From Podarcis cretensis (taxonomy: Eukaryota), in the NCBI GenBank assembly GCA_951804945.1, contig OX638161.1:47678001-47742000 (forward strand): a stretch of 64,000 bases of DNA, in the 5' to 3' direction. Below are positions 22,898 through 35,622 of the stretch, one piece after another; within the stretch, counting starts at the first letter, position 1, and each line of letters starts with the position of its first letter. Below the pieces are notes generated by a model. It was not told the DNA's origin. It was given only the letters and a program-made list of their open reading frames with translations, and made no database searches. Made by a program: the position numbers and the translations under genes.

Positions 22898-23846
22898 TTT
22901 TTTTTTTAAATAAAATTTTTATTAATTTCCAAATTTTTTAACATAAACAAAAACAACATAAAAACAAACATAAAAAATCATATTTTCTTAACCTTATTTC
23001 CATAGCCCTCTTTTCCCGGACTTCCCCATACCTTTCCCTTTTTGCATCCTTAATTATAAGCCATTATTCAGCAACCCTTCTTAACCAATTAAATATAAAT
23101 TCATTCTCTTTTTCAATTCCACCCTAAAATTAAACACAATTTCCCGCTGCAATTCTACGTCTTCTTTTCCCTCAGCATTTTAGCACTCCTCAATTTTATA
23201 ATAGTTCTTAAGATACATCTTAAATTTCTTCCAATCTTCTTCCACAGTCTCTTTCTCTTGGTCGCGGATTCTGCCGGTCATTTCTGCCAATCCCATAAAG
23301 TCAATCACTTTCGCCTGCCATTCCTCCAGCGTGGGTAGCTCTTGTGTCTTCCAATACTTTGCTAGAAGAATCCTTGCTGCCGTAGTAGCATACAAAAAGA
23401 AATTCTTATCCTTCTTCGGCACCAACTGGCCGACCATACCCAAGAGAAATGCCTCTGGTTTCTTGTTAAAGGTGCACTTAAGCACTTTCTTAATTTCATT
23501 ATAAATCATTTCCCAGAAGGCCTTAATCTTTGGGCAGGTCCACCAAAGGTGGAAAAAGGTACCTTCAGTCTCTTTACATTTCCAACATTCATTATTGGGC
23601 AAATGATAAATCTTCGCAAGCTTGACTGGGGTCATGTACCACCTGTAAATCATTTTCATAATGTTTTCTCGTAAGGCATTGCATGCCGTGAATTTAATAC
23701 CTGTGGTCCATAACTGCTCCCAGTCAGCAAACATAATGTCATGACCTATGTCCTGTGCCCATTTAACCATAGCAGACTTCACTGTCTCCTCTAATGTATT
23801 CCACTTCAACAGCAAGTTATACATTCTTGATAAATTCTTAGTATTG
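22898..23846 (-). mobile_element. 5'-truncated L1/Tx1-like LINE
   Basis: ORF 23180-23824 with CWKC..HLWWTC; AATAAA and polyA; 16-bp TSD TAATCAAAAGTATATC. Confidence 0.92.
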
Positions 23847-24471
23847 TAATCAAAAGTATATCACTTAGACCTCAGTTATGAATTTTATAGCATTACTATT
23901 TAATTCTTACATTCTTATCTCACCATTCCATGAATGGTTCCTGCCCCCATTTTATCTTCACAACAGTGAAGGATGTTAAGCTGAGAGAGAGTACCTGGCC
24001 CAAGGAAAGTTTCCGAGTTCTCTGGGGATATGAACCTTGCCCTCCTGGGTTTAAGCTCACCATGCCCTGCCCTAGATGCAACATGGCCTCTTTATTTCAC
24101 TCCCTCATTTCAAGCACGGAGTCTGTAGAATCAAAACAAGAGAGGATTAAATTAGTCATCTGTTACTCAGAATACATAGATCTTCTGGGAACCTATAATG
24201 TTGTGGGAACCTATAATGAGCCACAAATCTGACAAAACTAGATCTCCGTTCATCAATATTTCTATACAGCTTTCAAATATAAAAAAGAAAGGAGATATTA
24301 GGGGGCTAATCATTCACAAATGTTGTCCATGGTCCTTTACACTGCAGTTGGCACAGCCACAATATTGAAGGCATGAAATAATTTGCAAGGTAAGCTTTAG
24401 GAAGGAGAGGTGGCTCATATCCTTTGTCAGGAATGAGGAGGCTGTGGCTCTGCAGATCCTTTTGGACTTCA

Positions 24472-26133
24472 GGCTGAAACTTTCCTTGTTAGGCCGAATT
24501 GCTACTATTAAGATGAATGTATTGCCTAGAATGCTGTTTTTATTTCAGACGCTGCAGATTTTGGACAAGATGGACTGTTTCAAGAAGTGGCAGAAAGACA
24601 TATCAAAATTTGTCTGGCAGGGCAAAAAGCCCAGAATTAAATTTAAGATTTTAACTGATGCAAAAGATAGAGGGGGGTTTGCCCTGCCGGACTTAAGACT
24701 TTATTATGAATCGGCAGCTTTTTGCTGGTTGAAACACTGGCTACTTCTTGAGAACACGGACATTTTGGATCTGGAAGGGTATGACAATAGTTTTGGTTGG
24801 CATGCATATTTATGGTACGACAAGGTAAAGGTGTATAAAGGATTTAAAAACCATATTGTAAGGAAAGCATTGTATAATGTTTGGATTCGATATAAAGATC
24901 TGTTGGAAAGTAAAACCCCCAGGTGGGTGTCACCAATGGAAGCGAGGGAAGTAAAAAAGCTTAATATGGACTCTAAATGGCCAAAATATTATGAAATTTT
25001 AGAATATGATGGTGAAAGGGTTAAACTTCAGAGTTATGAGAAACTAAAGCCCAAGGTTCGAGATTGGTTGCATTATCATCAGATAAATGAGACATTCAAA
25101 CAGGACAGGAAAATAGGATTCCAGAAAGAGAGGTCAAAACTAGAAACAGAATTGTTGGAACCCAATACTAAGAACTTATCAAAAATGTATAACTTGCTGT
25201 TGAAATGGAATACACAGGATGAAACGGTGAAATCAGCTATGATTAAATGGGCACAAGATATCGGTCATGATATTATGTTTGCTGACTGGGAACAGTTATG
25301 GACTACCGGTATTAAATTTACTGCATGTAATGCTTTAAAAGAAAACATTATGAAAATGATCTATCGGTGGTACATGACCCCAGTCAAGCTCGCAAAAATT
25401 TATCACTTGCCTAACAATAAGTGTTGGAAATGTAATGAGACTGAAGGCACTTTTTACCACCTTTGGTGGACCTGCCCAAAGGTTAAAGCTTTCTGGGAAA
25501 TGATCTATAATGAAATTAAGAAGGTCCTTAGGTGGACTTTTCCTAAGAAACCAGAGGCTTTTCTCTTGGGCATGGTTGGCCAATTGGTGTTAAAGAAGGA
25601 TAGGATTTTCTTTATGTATGCCACCACAGCAGCAAGAATTCTACTGGCAAAGTATTGGAAGAGGCAAGAACTACCTACTCGGGAAGAATGGCAAACAAAG
25701 GTGATGGACTTTATGGGACTGGCTGAGATGACGGGCAGAATCCGCGACCAGGGGAAGGAGACAGTGGAAGAGGACTGGAAGAAATTTAAAATATATCTCA
25801 AAAACTATTGTAAAATTGAGGAATGTTAAGATGTCAGGGGGTAAGAAGCAGAGAATTGCAGCTGTAACTAAAAAACTAAAGGAAATTTAATGAAAGGGAA
25901 TTAAGACAATTGACTAAAGGGTTGCTAAAGAATCACTAAACAAGGATGCAGGGATGGGGAGGTATGGGGAAGTCAAAAGAAAGAAGGGCATGAAATTATA
26001 ATCTTGAAGTTATATTGGTTTAATTGTTTTGTATGTTTTCGTTTGTGTTTTGATTCTCTTGTTTTTCTTTTGTTTGTTTTGTTCTGTTTTTATTATGTGT
26101 TTGAAAAACGAATAAAAATTATTTAAAAAAAAG
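24472..26133 (+). mobile_element. 5'-truncated L1/Tx1-like LINE, inserted in a palindromic MITE
   Basis: Open ORF2 remainder (LSLLGRIATIKMNVLPR, GGFALPDL..YY, zinc knuckle); polyA; 18-bp TSD AGATCCTTTTGGACTTCA. Confidence 0.93.
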
Positions 26134-26694
26134 AGATCCTTTTGGACTTCAACTCCCACACTGCCTGACCATTGGCCATGCTGGCTGGGGCTGGTGGGAG
26201 CTGGAATCCAACAACCTCTGGAAAAACTTACGTCCACCAGCCATCTTAATTTAAAATGGACCCCTATCTTTCTACCCACGATTATCTGGATATACAATGC
26301 ACATTGTAATGCTTCTGCAGTTTTCCCTGATAGCAGGAATGCCATTTGGAACCTGACAGCCTGACTTCATAGTTCCTGCAAAGAGCTTAAAATGGTGCAC
26401 ATGGTTCTCTCGTTCCCATTCTTCATCACAACAAACCTGAGAAGTTGATTAGGCCAAGGTTCATGACTGTGTCAGGATTTGAACTCAAGCTTCCCAGGCC
26501 CTAAACACTGCACCATGCTGGTTCTTTTCCAAAGGTGACACACTTTAGAGTTACTGCAAGGATGCGGAGAAAAGATTTTCAGTAGCTTAGAATTTTATAC
26601 CTATCCACCAAGATAAAAAGCACACACAGGCTTAGATTCCTCCCTTTCTCCTCTTCCATCCACCTCTGGCTTTCTTATGCTTTACTCTTCTAGC

Positions 26695-26728
<34 letters not shown>

Positions 26729-27113
26729 TGTTTGTCTGTCCGTCTGTCTATCTAAATATAGTAAAGGTCGGCATCAATTTTCCTACTTTGTGTGTTTTCC
26801 TCATGTTTTGTAGGGGCCATAGCCCAGCAGCAGAGATAATGGTTATCTTGACTGAACTCAATCCTCAACATCAACACCATTAAGTAATTTCGATTGGCAT
26901 ATTTTAACTTGGGGGTTGCACATGCAATTGTCGACAGCTCTGTAGTGACTAAAATGATTATGGACATTTATTCATTTATGTGTTTGCTTATATTTATCAC
27001 GCCATTCATCCAAAGATCACAGGGTGGTTCACAACATTATTTATTTATTTCAATGTTATTTATTTCTGTCCATCACTTTCTTCTCCCACCCTATCTCCAG
27101 TTCTAAAGAAGGC

Positions 27114-28067
27114 ATGAAGTACAACCAAACAACAGTCAGTGAGTTTATCCTTCTGGGCTTCACCGACATCCGGAAACTGCAGCTCCTGTTATTCACCACT
27201 CTTCTCTTTTCCTACCTTCTGGCCATCCTAGGCAATGCTGTGATTATCACGGTTGCTCAAATAGATCACCGGCTACACACTCCTATGTATTTCTTCCTCC
27301 AGAATTTCTCTTTCTTAGAAATTGGCTTCACCACAGCAATAATTCCCCAAACCTTGGTCCATCTTTCAAGCGGCAATAAACACATCACTTACATTGGTTG
27401 CATGATACAGTCCTTCTTATATTTCCAACTGGGAACTACCGAGTTCTTCCTCTTAGCTGTCATGTCCTATGATCGATATGTAGCCATCTGCAATCCCTTG
27501 CGATATCCAGCCATCATGAACCATTATTTATGCATCACGCTGGTTGTGTTTTGTTGGGTTGGCAGTTTTCTCCTGATCATTGGTCCATGGGTGCTTTTCC
27601 TACAGTTTCCAATATGCAAGTCCAACGTCCTTGACCACTTCTTCTGTGACAATACACCGTTGATCAAACTCGTTTGTGGGGACACATCACTTTTGGAATT
27701 CTTTGGGTTCATCACTGCTGTGCTCTCTGTGCTGGGAAGCTTGACAATTACAATAATGTCATATGTCAAGATAATCCAAACCATCTTACATTTCCCCACT
27801 GCCACAGGGAGACAGAAGGCCTTTTCTACTTGTGCCTCTCACTTCATTGTGGTGTCCATCACCTACGGGAGCTGCATCTTCCTTTATATCAAACCAACAC
27901 AGAGCAGCAAAGTGGAGTTTGGCAAAATGGTGGCCGTCCTCAATACTGTTGTGTCCCCTTTGCTCAACCCTTTCATCTACAGCTTGAGGAACAAACAGGT
28001 TCAGGAGGCCTTGATAAATTTGTTTGGGCAACTCAAAACCATTGCTAAGGGACCAGGGACCATCTGA
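27114..28067 (+). CDS. Olfactory receptor, OR6-like (third subfamily), 317 aa from MKYNQT
   Basis: ATG at 27114 follows a pyrimidine tract and CAG acceptor (27100); LHTPMYFFL, MSYDRYVAICNPLRY, KAFSTCASH, PLLNPFIYSLRN. Confidence 0.96.
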   Translation: MKYNQTTVSEFILLGFTDIRKLQLLLFTTLLFSYLLAILGNAVIITVAQIDHRLHTPMYFFLQNFSFLEIGFTTAIIPQTLVHLSSGNKHITYIGCMIQSFLYFQLGTTEFFLLAVMSYDRYVAICNPLRYPAIMNHYLCITLVVFCWVGSFLLIIGPWVLFLQFPICKSNVLDHFFCDNTPLIKLVCGDTSLLEFFGFITAVLSVLGSLTITIMSYVKIIQTILHFPTATGRQKAFSTCASHFIVVSITYGSCIFLYIKPTQSSKVEFGKMVAVLNTVVSPLLNPFIYSLRNKQVQEALINLFGQLKTIAKGPGTI

Positions 28068-28266
28068 AAAGGAACTGTGAAAATAGATAATCTGAAAAGG
28101 AAAGGAAATGGGCATTGTGGTATTCTTCAGAAGTATCCATCTTTGCAGAAGCTCTGCCTAGAAAAATTAGTGTTACACTCCATCTTGAAACATCATCATT
28201 ACCAGTTCTTTTTTCTGGGGGGACACAAGGTTACGCATAACCGTAATCATTTTGTGAATCTTTGTA

Positions 28267-28508
28267 CTGTGGTACCTCGGGTTACATATGCTTCAGGTTA
28301 CATACACTTCAGGTTACAGATTCCACTAACCCAGAAATATTACCTTGGGTTAAAGACTTTGCTTCAGGATGAGAACAGAAATTGTGCAGCGGCAGTGCAG
28401 CAGCAGCAGGAGGCCCCATTAGCTAAAGTGGTGCTTCAGGTTAAGAGCAGTTTCAGGTTAAGAACAGATCTCCAGAACAAATTAAGTACTTAACCTGAGG
28501 TACCACTG
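28267..28508. mobile_element. Tc1/mariner (Tigger-like) MITE
   Basis: TA TSD; TIR C(A/T)GTGGTACCTC.GGTTA. Confidence 0.85.
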
Positions 28509-29199
28509 TACTTTTGCTGTATTTATTTTTCCCAATTTGAACTATAAAATGGTGATTTTCTTGAGTCAAAACAAGAGTACCCCTAAACATTTTTAGGAAC
28601 AAAAAAACACTGATCGCTACTATTATTGTTCTTTAATTCTGTTAAATAAATGTATTATTTAATTTAATTTCATTAAACAGACAAACATATCCATATCCTA
28701 CATACTGTTCTGGAAGACGTATTATATATTATGTTATATAGCACAAGCTCTACTTTGAATTAGGCTTTTCCAGCATCCTGTAGTTGAGATGGTTTTTCAT
28801 GCAATTCCATAATTTGAGATTGAGGAAAGTAACATTTCCCACACCTGCCAATGCCAATTGACGTGCTTGTTCCCTGCCACCAACCCCAAAGCTGATGGTT
28901 TTGAACATACCTATTCTCATTTGCAAATTTGGTAAGGAAACAGGTGTTGTGAAAGCCACCCATCATGAGTTGGTTCAGATGCTCTTGCTCTGGACTTCCT
29001 GAATTGAACAAGGATTTGGATTATTTGGCCTAAAAGGTATAAAGAGAGGTTTTGCGAACAAAGGAAGGTTTTCTTTTTCCCCTTTTTCCTTTTTAAAAAC
29101 TTTTTGTTACAGCTTTTGACATGCCACAAGAAGTATCACAGGCCTACTTGAGTTGGTTCACACTTATCCCTCCTCTCTTTCTTTTGAACTACACCAGTT

Positions 29200-29960
29200 T
29201 ATTTGTCCTTTATTAAATAAATGTCTGCAGTCAAAAAGCACCTTTCAAAGCATCTTTAACTTGCCTGTTCCTCAGGCTGTACACAAAGGGCATCATAAGA
29301 GGACACAACACATAGTTAAGAAATGACACTACTTTGTTGAAATTATGCCTATCACCCTGATCTGGTATGATGTACATAGAGATGCAGTTTCCATAGGTGA
29401 CAGTGACAATGGTGATGTGGGAAGCACAGGTGGAAAAGGCCTTCTGCCTCCCTGCAGCAGTTGGGATGTGGAGAACAGTTGAGATTATATTCACATAGGA
29501 CACAACAGTGATAGGTAAAGTCCCCAGTAGTGTAAACACTGAAAGAATAAAGGCAGAGAGCTCCAGAAAATGTGTGTCACCACAGAGAAGATGGAGTAAT
29601 GGTTTGCTGTCGCAGAAGAAATAGTCAATGATGTTTGAGTCGCAAAAAGGAAATTGAATGAATAGCATAGTTGGGGCCAAATCACAGCAAGTGACCCAAT
29701 CCAAGAGAACAGCACCAAAAGTTGCAGAACTTCTCGTTCATGATGGTGGTGTACCTTAGGGGATTGCAGAGGGCCACATATCAGTCAAAGGACATCACAG
29801 TCAGCAGGAAGAAATCTGTGGTTCCCAGGAAGAAATAGAAAAACAATTGACTTATACATCCAGCATACGAGATTGTTTTCCTGCCAGTTGGAAAGTTGAA
29901 CAACACTTTTGGGATGGCAGCAGTGGTGTGTCCAATTTCCAAGATGGCACAATTCTGAAG
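29200..29960 (-). pseudogene. OR pseudogene of the 320-aa subfamily, 5'-truncated and frameshifted
   Basis: OR motifs split across frames (ORFs 29231, 29491, 29785); CGA to TGA in DRY; homology lost above ~29960. Confidence 0.9.
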
Positions 29961-30730
29961 GCATTGGCAGAATACCTGTGAATGTCATTGGGTTTATTTT
30001 ATTTTTACTTTAATGGCTATCCCACTTGTCCTCCAACCAAGATGCCATATATAGTTCTGCCTTCTCTATTTTATCCATACAACCATTCTCTGATGTAGGT
30101 AAAGCTGATACATTTTGAATGGCTCAATTTCATCCAGTGAGCCTCGAGACTGAGCAAGGATTTGAGCCCTCATCTCCCAGATCCTAGTCCAAAAAATGTC
30201 AAAGAAAAATGAAAAGTACATTGCATACTTATAAGTCTGAAGGAAGATGAAATCACACTAGTTTACTGTCCAATAAACAGCTTCCTTCTTTATTGGGTCA
30301 ACTGGCATGTTTCTAGGAGTCATATCAGAGCCCGGAACCAATGGAAGCATACAGTACGGTCCTCTGTGGCATTGGTGGGCCAAGGCCTAGCTGCTTACCC
30401 CTCTTTCCCTTCATTTCAGAACCATTGAATCACAGCTGTCAGAAGTAAGCACTGCTTATTCCTATGGAGCTAACTCCTCAAACATCTGACCTGGTAAGGT
30501 GGAGCTGAGCATAGCCTTTCTGTCATTTACCAGAAGAGGAAGAGCAAGGTGGCAGTCAGGTCAAGGCTGCATGTGTGCAATGGCAGGAGAGCTGTATTGA
30601 CCCTGATGGTGGGGCCACACAGCCCCACCATCATCACCTGCCCTCCCTCCTGGTATGTGGCAGTGATATCACTGTTGCAATCTGCCCCACTGAATGAACC
30701 ACTCCTGGCTCCTTTCCAGGAAACCGTGCA

Positions 30731-30969
30731 TTGGATTTGGATTTGATATCCCACCTTTCACTCCCTTTAAGGAGTCTCAAAGCGGTTAACAATCTCCTTT
30801 CCCTTCCTCCCCCACAACAAACACTCTGTGAGGTGAGTGGGGCTGAGAGACTTCAATGAAGTGTGACTGGCCCAAGGTCACCCAGCAGCTGCATGTGGAG
30901 GAGCGGAGACGCGAACCCGGTTCCCCAGATTACAAGACTACTCTTAACCACTACACCACACTGGCTCTC
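30731..30969 (-). mobile_element. Squam3-type tRNA SINE
   Basis: Same family as 6186-6440; GAGAGCCAGTGTGGTGTAGTGGTTAAGAG head. Confidence 0.87.
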
Positions 30970-31074
30970 ATTGAATTGCAGTCTTTCTGACCCTCATACA
31001 TTGGATAATATATTCTGTGTCCTTTGCCTCATGTGTATGTGCCTGTATGCAGATCATGGATTACCAATAAGATG

Positions 31075-31185
31075 CCCCTCAGAAGTTGTTGGACTACAAA
31101 TCCCATCAGCCTCAGCATGTATAGCTATTGGTCAGGGACAGCAGTATCAACAGTCCAACTTCATGTGGAGGGCACCATTTTGGCT
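31075..31185. mobile_element. Palindromic MITE (GGACTACAA.TCCCA type; relatives ~14130-14220 and the element split at 24444/26222)
   Basis: CCCTC.AGA.GTTGTTGGACTAC ... AGTCCAAC...TGGAGGGC inverted ends. Confidence 0.5.
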
Positions 31186-33974
31186 ACCACTGATATATAT
31201 AGTCCACACCTGCCCACTTTTGTGGACTCCCGTGTTGGGGGGGGGCTGTCCTGATAGGTTCCTGCACTTTAGAACTGACCACTTCACCACTGTCTACATG
31301 CTGGTCTATGAGAAGGAGATCTGGTATTCATTCAGTTGTTTTCTGATTTCCTGGTATCAACCAAGGTTACTAGAGGTCAACATCATCATCATCATTATTT
31401 TTTAAAAAGTTTAAGAAGTTTGTTCCTAGAAATCATTCCCTAGAGAATTAATTACCCTAAAGTGAGAGGCAAGTTTTGATCCTTGGAGGCATCTCAACTT
31501 AGATGGTTTAATTATTAAGAAGTTAATAAGTATACTGGAGCTTGGGAACTAATCAGCTGTTTAAAAAAGTTTTGAAATTAATTATCTGCCAAGTTTCTAG
31601 GAATGCTCTATGAAAATGCCTATGAAAACTAGATTTTTAAAAGTCCTGTGTAAAAGTGTAATTTAACATCAGTGTAAAAAGACATACTGTATATTTAAAA
31701 TCAACATGCTTTTGACAAAGGTCCTCCTTCTGACAGGTAGAATGTCATGATTAGAGTTGAGGTGAAACTACTCATGGCATTTCACAACCACTTCCAGCTC
31801 TGTCAAAATCACTCTTACGGCAACTTTTTCTGTGCACAAAAAATTAAAAAAAAATTTTTTTTTGTTTAAATTTCCACCACTTGCCCACACTCTCAGTTCC
31901 TCACAATTGCCCTCAGTTATGCCAACCAGTCAAATCTGGGTGGCTGTAAGGGACTCTGATCTGCTAGAATCAACTAAGGTTGCTGGAGGTCAGAAATTAT
32001 TCTGTCACAGTTTAATAAATTTGTTCCTTGTATTCGTATCCCTAGAGAATTAATTACCACCCAGAAAATGAATAAGAAGCACACCTTGATTCATAGAGGT
32101 ATTTCAGCATAGATACTACTACTATTATTATTAAGAAGTTAATGAGTAGACTTGGAGCTTAGGAAAATATATAATAAAGTTTAAAGTTTATTATATAGCA
32201 AAGTTTCCTGCAGTACTTTTAGATAGTCTATGAATACTGGGATGGTTGGTTTTTTAACAAACCAAGTCCCCTAACTTAAACATCAATGTAAAATGATATA
32301 CCTTTTAAATCAGCACTCCTTTGCAAAACTGTTGTCATTTGTATTCATTTCTGAAAAAATCAGCTCTCTTTAGAAATGAACAAACACTTTCCACTTTGAC
32401 AAAATCACTTTTATGGCAACCTTTTCAGTATTCTGGAGAAAAGTAAAATTAAAATTAAACACCACTTGTCAGCACCCTCAGTTCCCTACTATTGCTCTCA
32501 GTGATACCAGCTAGCCATATCTGGGGGAGTTCACATTTAGATACTTATAAAGTACTTTTGGAAAGCATTCAATGAATGAGAGGAGAGATGGGCTACAAGG
32601 AAAAGTTAGCATTCATTGATGGCGGTCAGGCCACTGCAAGCATGAAGAACTGGCAAACAGCTATTTCAGGAGACTGAAACACTCAACATAAAACTGTAAA
32701 CTCCACTGTAAGGGAGTGTACAGTTCATTTAAATAAATTAAATGTCTGCAAAGCATTTCATTGGGAGGAAGGTGTGTAGAAAACGGACCCATTTTAATCA
32801 CTGCAGACCGTCACTTAAACAGGCAAAGGAGAGGGGTGATGCCTATAGACAGAGCAAGGTTAGCTAACCTGTGGTCCTACCAAAGTTAACCACCAGTGAT
32901 GTACAGAGATCCAAAGATACATTTTTGCCATCTTCTAGTTGTTTTCTTGCTTTGCTCAGCATGCTGACAGGTCTAGTGTGTATGTTTTTATATGTATAAA
33001 TAACAATTGGGGACTTCCTGCACTCGGCCAATTGTTTCCTCTCCTTAGTTATGGGTGCAACACATTCCACTGTGGGGGGCAGGGAGGGCTGAGTGGTAAA
33101 GTGTCTGATTTGCACACAGAAAGTCCTGGGTTCAATTGCTACCAACTTCAGATAGGCCTGGGAAAGACTGGAATAATCATCAGCTCCTAACCTGGAGATT
33201 GAATTTGGGACCCTCTGAGTCTGGCAGTGGCTGCTGGCAGCTGTGGTCCAAACATGTGGAGAGCACGGGTTGGAGAAGGCTAATCTGTGCAAATCAAAAC
33301 TTCTTTGCTCCACTTAAGAATGAACATCCTCCTCCCAAGGGACCTTTGAATAAAGCTTGTCTCACTAGTATTCTATGGAGAGGATAATGGAAGACACCCA
33401 GCCATGATAAGATTTAAGTGACACAGGAACTCTATATTATAGATCTGGTGCTGATAGCTGCATCATACCATGGTAAGGCACATTATTGCATATTATACTG
33501 CTTTGCTTTATAAAGGTATTCAGCGTTTTCTTATTTTCATTATGGGCAAACACATCAATTATTCCTTTTTCTGAGAGAGACATATCTAGGGTAGTATCAG
33601 TGCCAAGCTATATGATTAAATAGTTAACTAGTACAAAATTTTGGCAAATCAGCTTGTATTTACATATTTTTTTAAGTCTTCATGAAAAAAATTCCCCTAA
33701 TGTGCACATTTCTTCCTAATCTACATGGTTTTTTAAAGCAATTTATTATAATATAATGAACTTTGACATGTTATTGTCACCAATGTGTGCATTTATATGG
33801 ACTTTTTATCCTAGTATATGTACATTTGCACCCACTACTTGGCTGGAGAACAGCATTCCAAAATTTCGAGAACTAAATTTTTTGAAAAATGACACACACA
33901 CACACCCCGTTTATGTGTTATTAGTTGTTTTGAAAGCCTTCAACAACACACATTTAACAACAATGTAATGTGAA

Positions 33975-34385
33975 GAATGTTGACGCTTTCTTTAACAACT
34001 TTGCTCCCACCATTTTGCTGACTTGGTTCTCTTTCTGTGGTGATAATGTCATAGACCATTTTTTCTGCAACTATGTTGTTGTTGTTGTTGTTTAGTCGTT
34101 TAGTCGTGTCCGACTCTACGTGACCCCATGGACCAGAGAACGCCAGGCACTTCTGTCTTCCACTGCCTCCCGCAGTTTGGTCAAATCTACAACTATGCTC
34201 CAATGATAAAACTTCCTTGAAATCAGGTTCAGCTCCTTCTGGCTCTGGAGGGCATTCTGTATGGACCGGTGTTAGTCATCTCCTTTTCTGTCATGGGTGT
34301 CTCTAATGTCTACATCATTGCAACCATCTTGAACATGTACTCCATAAAAGGTCAGCAAAAGATGTTTCCAACCTACGCTTCTCAT
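33975..34385 (+). pseudogene. OR pseudogene fragment interrupted by a mini Bov-B
   Basis: IDHFFCNY|APM split by the insertion; truncated at 34385. Confidence 0.8.
34075..34185 (-). mobile_element. 111-bp Bov-B 3' end
   Basis: (CAA)n tail; GAGTCGGACACGACTAAACGAC; 11-bp TSD TCT(G/A)CAACTAT. Confidence 0.9.
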
Positions 34386-35326
34386 TATTATTATTACTAT
34401 TACTATTTATAGCAGAATTTGACCACTTTTGCCATTATATTCATAGTATTCCCTCCCTTCCACCTGTGTTCCTTTAGGCACTGTGGCTGGACTCCAATTA
34501 CACACTTTTTGAAATCTTAGAGCTCTCTTACAACCATTTTGGGCAGGAAGGCTTCTGTGTACTCTGACTTCAAGCCACAGACGCCGTACATGGTAATTTT
34601 CTGGCCTGAGCTCCATGACAGTTAGCAAAGCTGTTGTAGCAATTTCCTGCCACAATCCCATTGGCTCAGCTTGTGATTTTGGTAATCCAACCATTGTCAC
34701 AGTGAAGTCAGACTCTCTTTCAGGGCAGAGGCAGTCACAATACAATGGACATGGTGAGATGAGGTATTACGGAGCATGAGGCAAAGGGCAGGATGCCACC
34801 TTCCCTCCAGCTACAGAAACTGCCTATACTGTGGCAGCTGACTCTTACATCAACACTGGTGAAACAGTAAAGTCCTCTGCCAAACTTTAGCTGAAGGAAT
34901 ATATGGCAGGGTTTGTGGTATCCACAACTCTATCCTCAACATTGCACTGATACCGTTCAGCTTCTGTTCCATAAGGTAACTGTCTCACTAAGCCTAAGTT
35001 AGGACCGACCATGGTGATGTGCAAATTCACTAACTGTCTTCCTCACGCACTATCTCACAAACACTGTTATTAAGTCTTTATTAAGTGGAAGTACTAACCA
35101 TTTGTGTTAATGTAATAACCAATAAATATTGGTGGTCCCAATGAATTTCTTTGCAGATAAGTTGTCAGACAAGGACTTTGCAGGTGATCAGTTCAGTGTT
35201 TGCATGTGTGCTTGACTCTTTGCATGTGTGCTTTGGATAAAAATGGCACTTGTAAATGGACATTTTCCCTCTATCTTTGCAAGTATGGTTAGTTGAATCC
35301 AGTTGTGTGAATTTCCACAGATTATT

Positions 35327-35474
35327 TAGCTCAGCTGGAAGAGCATGAGACTCTTAATCTTAGGGTCTTGGGTTCAGGTCAAACACTGGGCAAAAGGATT
35401 TTTGCATTGCAGGTGTTTTGACTAGATGACCCTTGTGGTTCCTTTAACTTTATGATTCTATGACTCCGATTCTG
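35327..35474 (+). mobile_element. tRNA-Lys-derived SINE upstream of each OR (also 41909-42056, 48493-48640, 58082-58229, 11165-11287)
   Basis: tRNA-Lys(CTT)-like head and CR1-like ATTCTATG tail. Confidence 0.75.
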
Positions 35475-35622
35475 AGTCAATGTATGAAACAGGAGGCTGA
35501 ACTGTATGATTCTGTGGTCTGATCCAGGCAGGTTTGGCTTAATTTCATAATGATAATGATAATAATGCTAATTATCTATACTAATCTTTTGCCAGCAGAT
35601 AACTCATGAAAGTCAAGACTTT

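Noticed and set aside
24444-25829. 461-aa ORF as a host or domesticated gene
   Set aside because: 5'-truncated LINE ORF2 lacking endonuclease and RT core, with TSD and polyA; the start comes from flanking MITE sequence
27024-27113. 30-aa N-terminal extension of the 27-kb OR
   Set aside because: GTG start running through a pyrimidine tract and acceptor; the ATG at 27114 gives a normal OR
34064-34080. Bov-B target preference (all three independent TSDs begin with AT)
   Set aside because: Only three sites in AT-rich DNA, and the A may belong to the tail
34407-34745. Recurrent 112-aa ORF MYCDCLCPERESDF in several units
   Set aside because: TTG start, antisense to the OR, recurs only through recent duplication, and the copy near 4495 has an in-frame stop
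35327-35395. Possible tRNA-Lys(CTT) genes upstream of each OR
   Set aside because: The 5' acceptor stem is missing, the T-arm is degenerate and a CR1-like tail follows, so these are SINE heads
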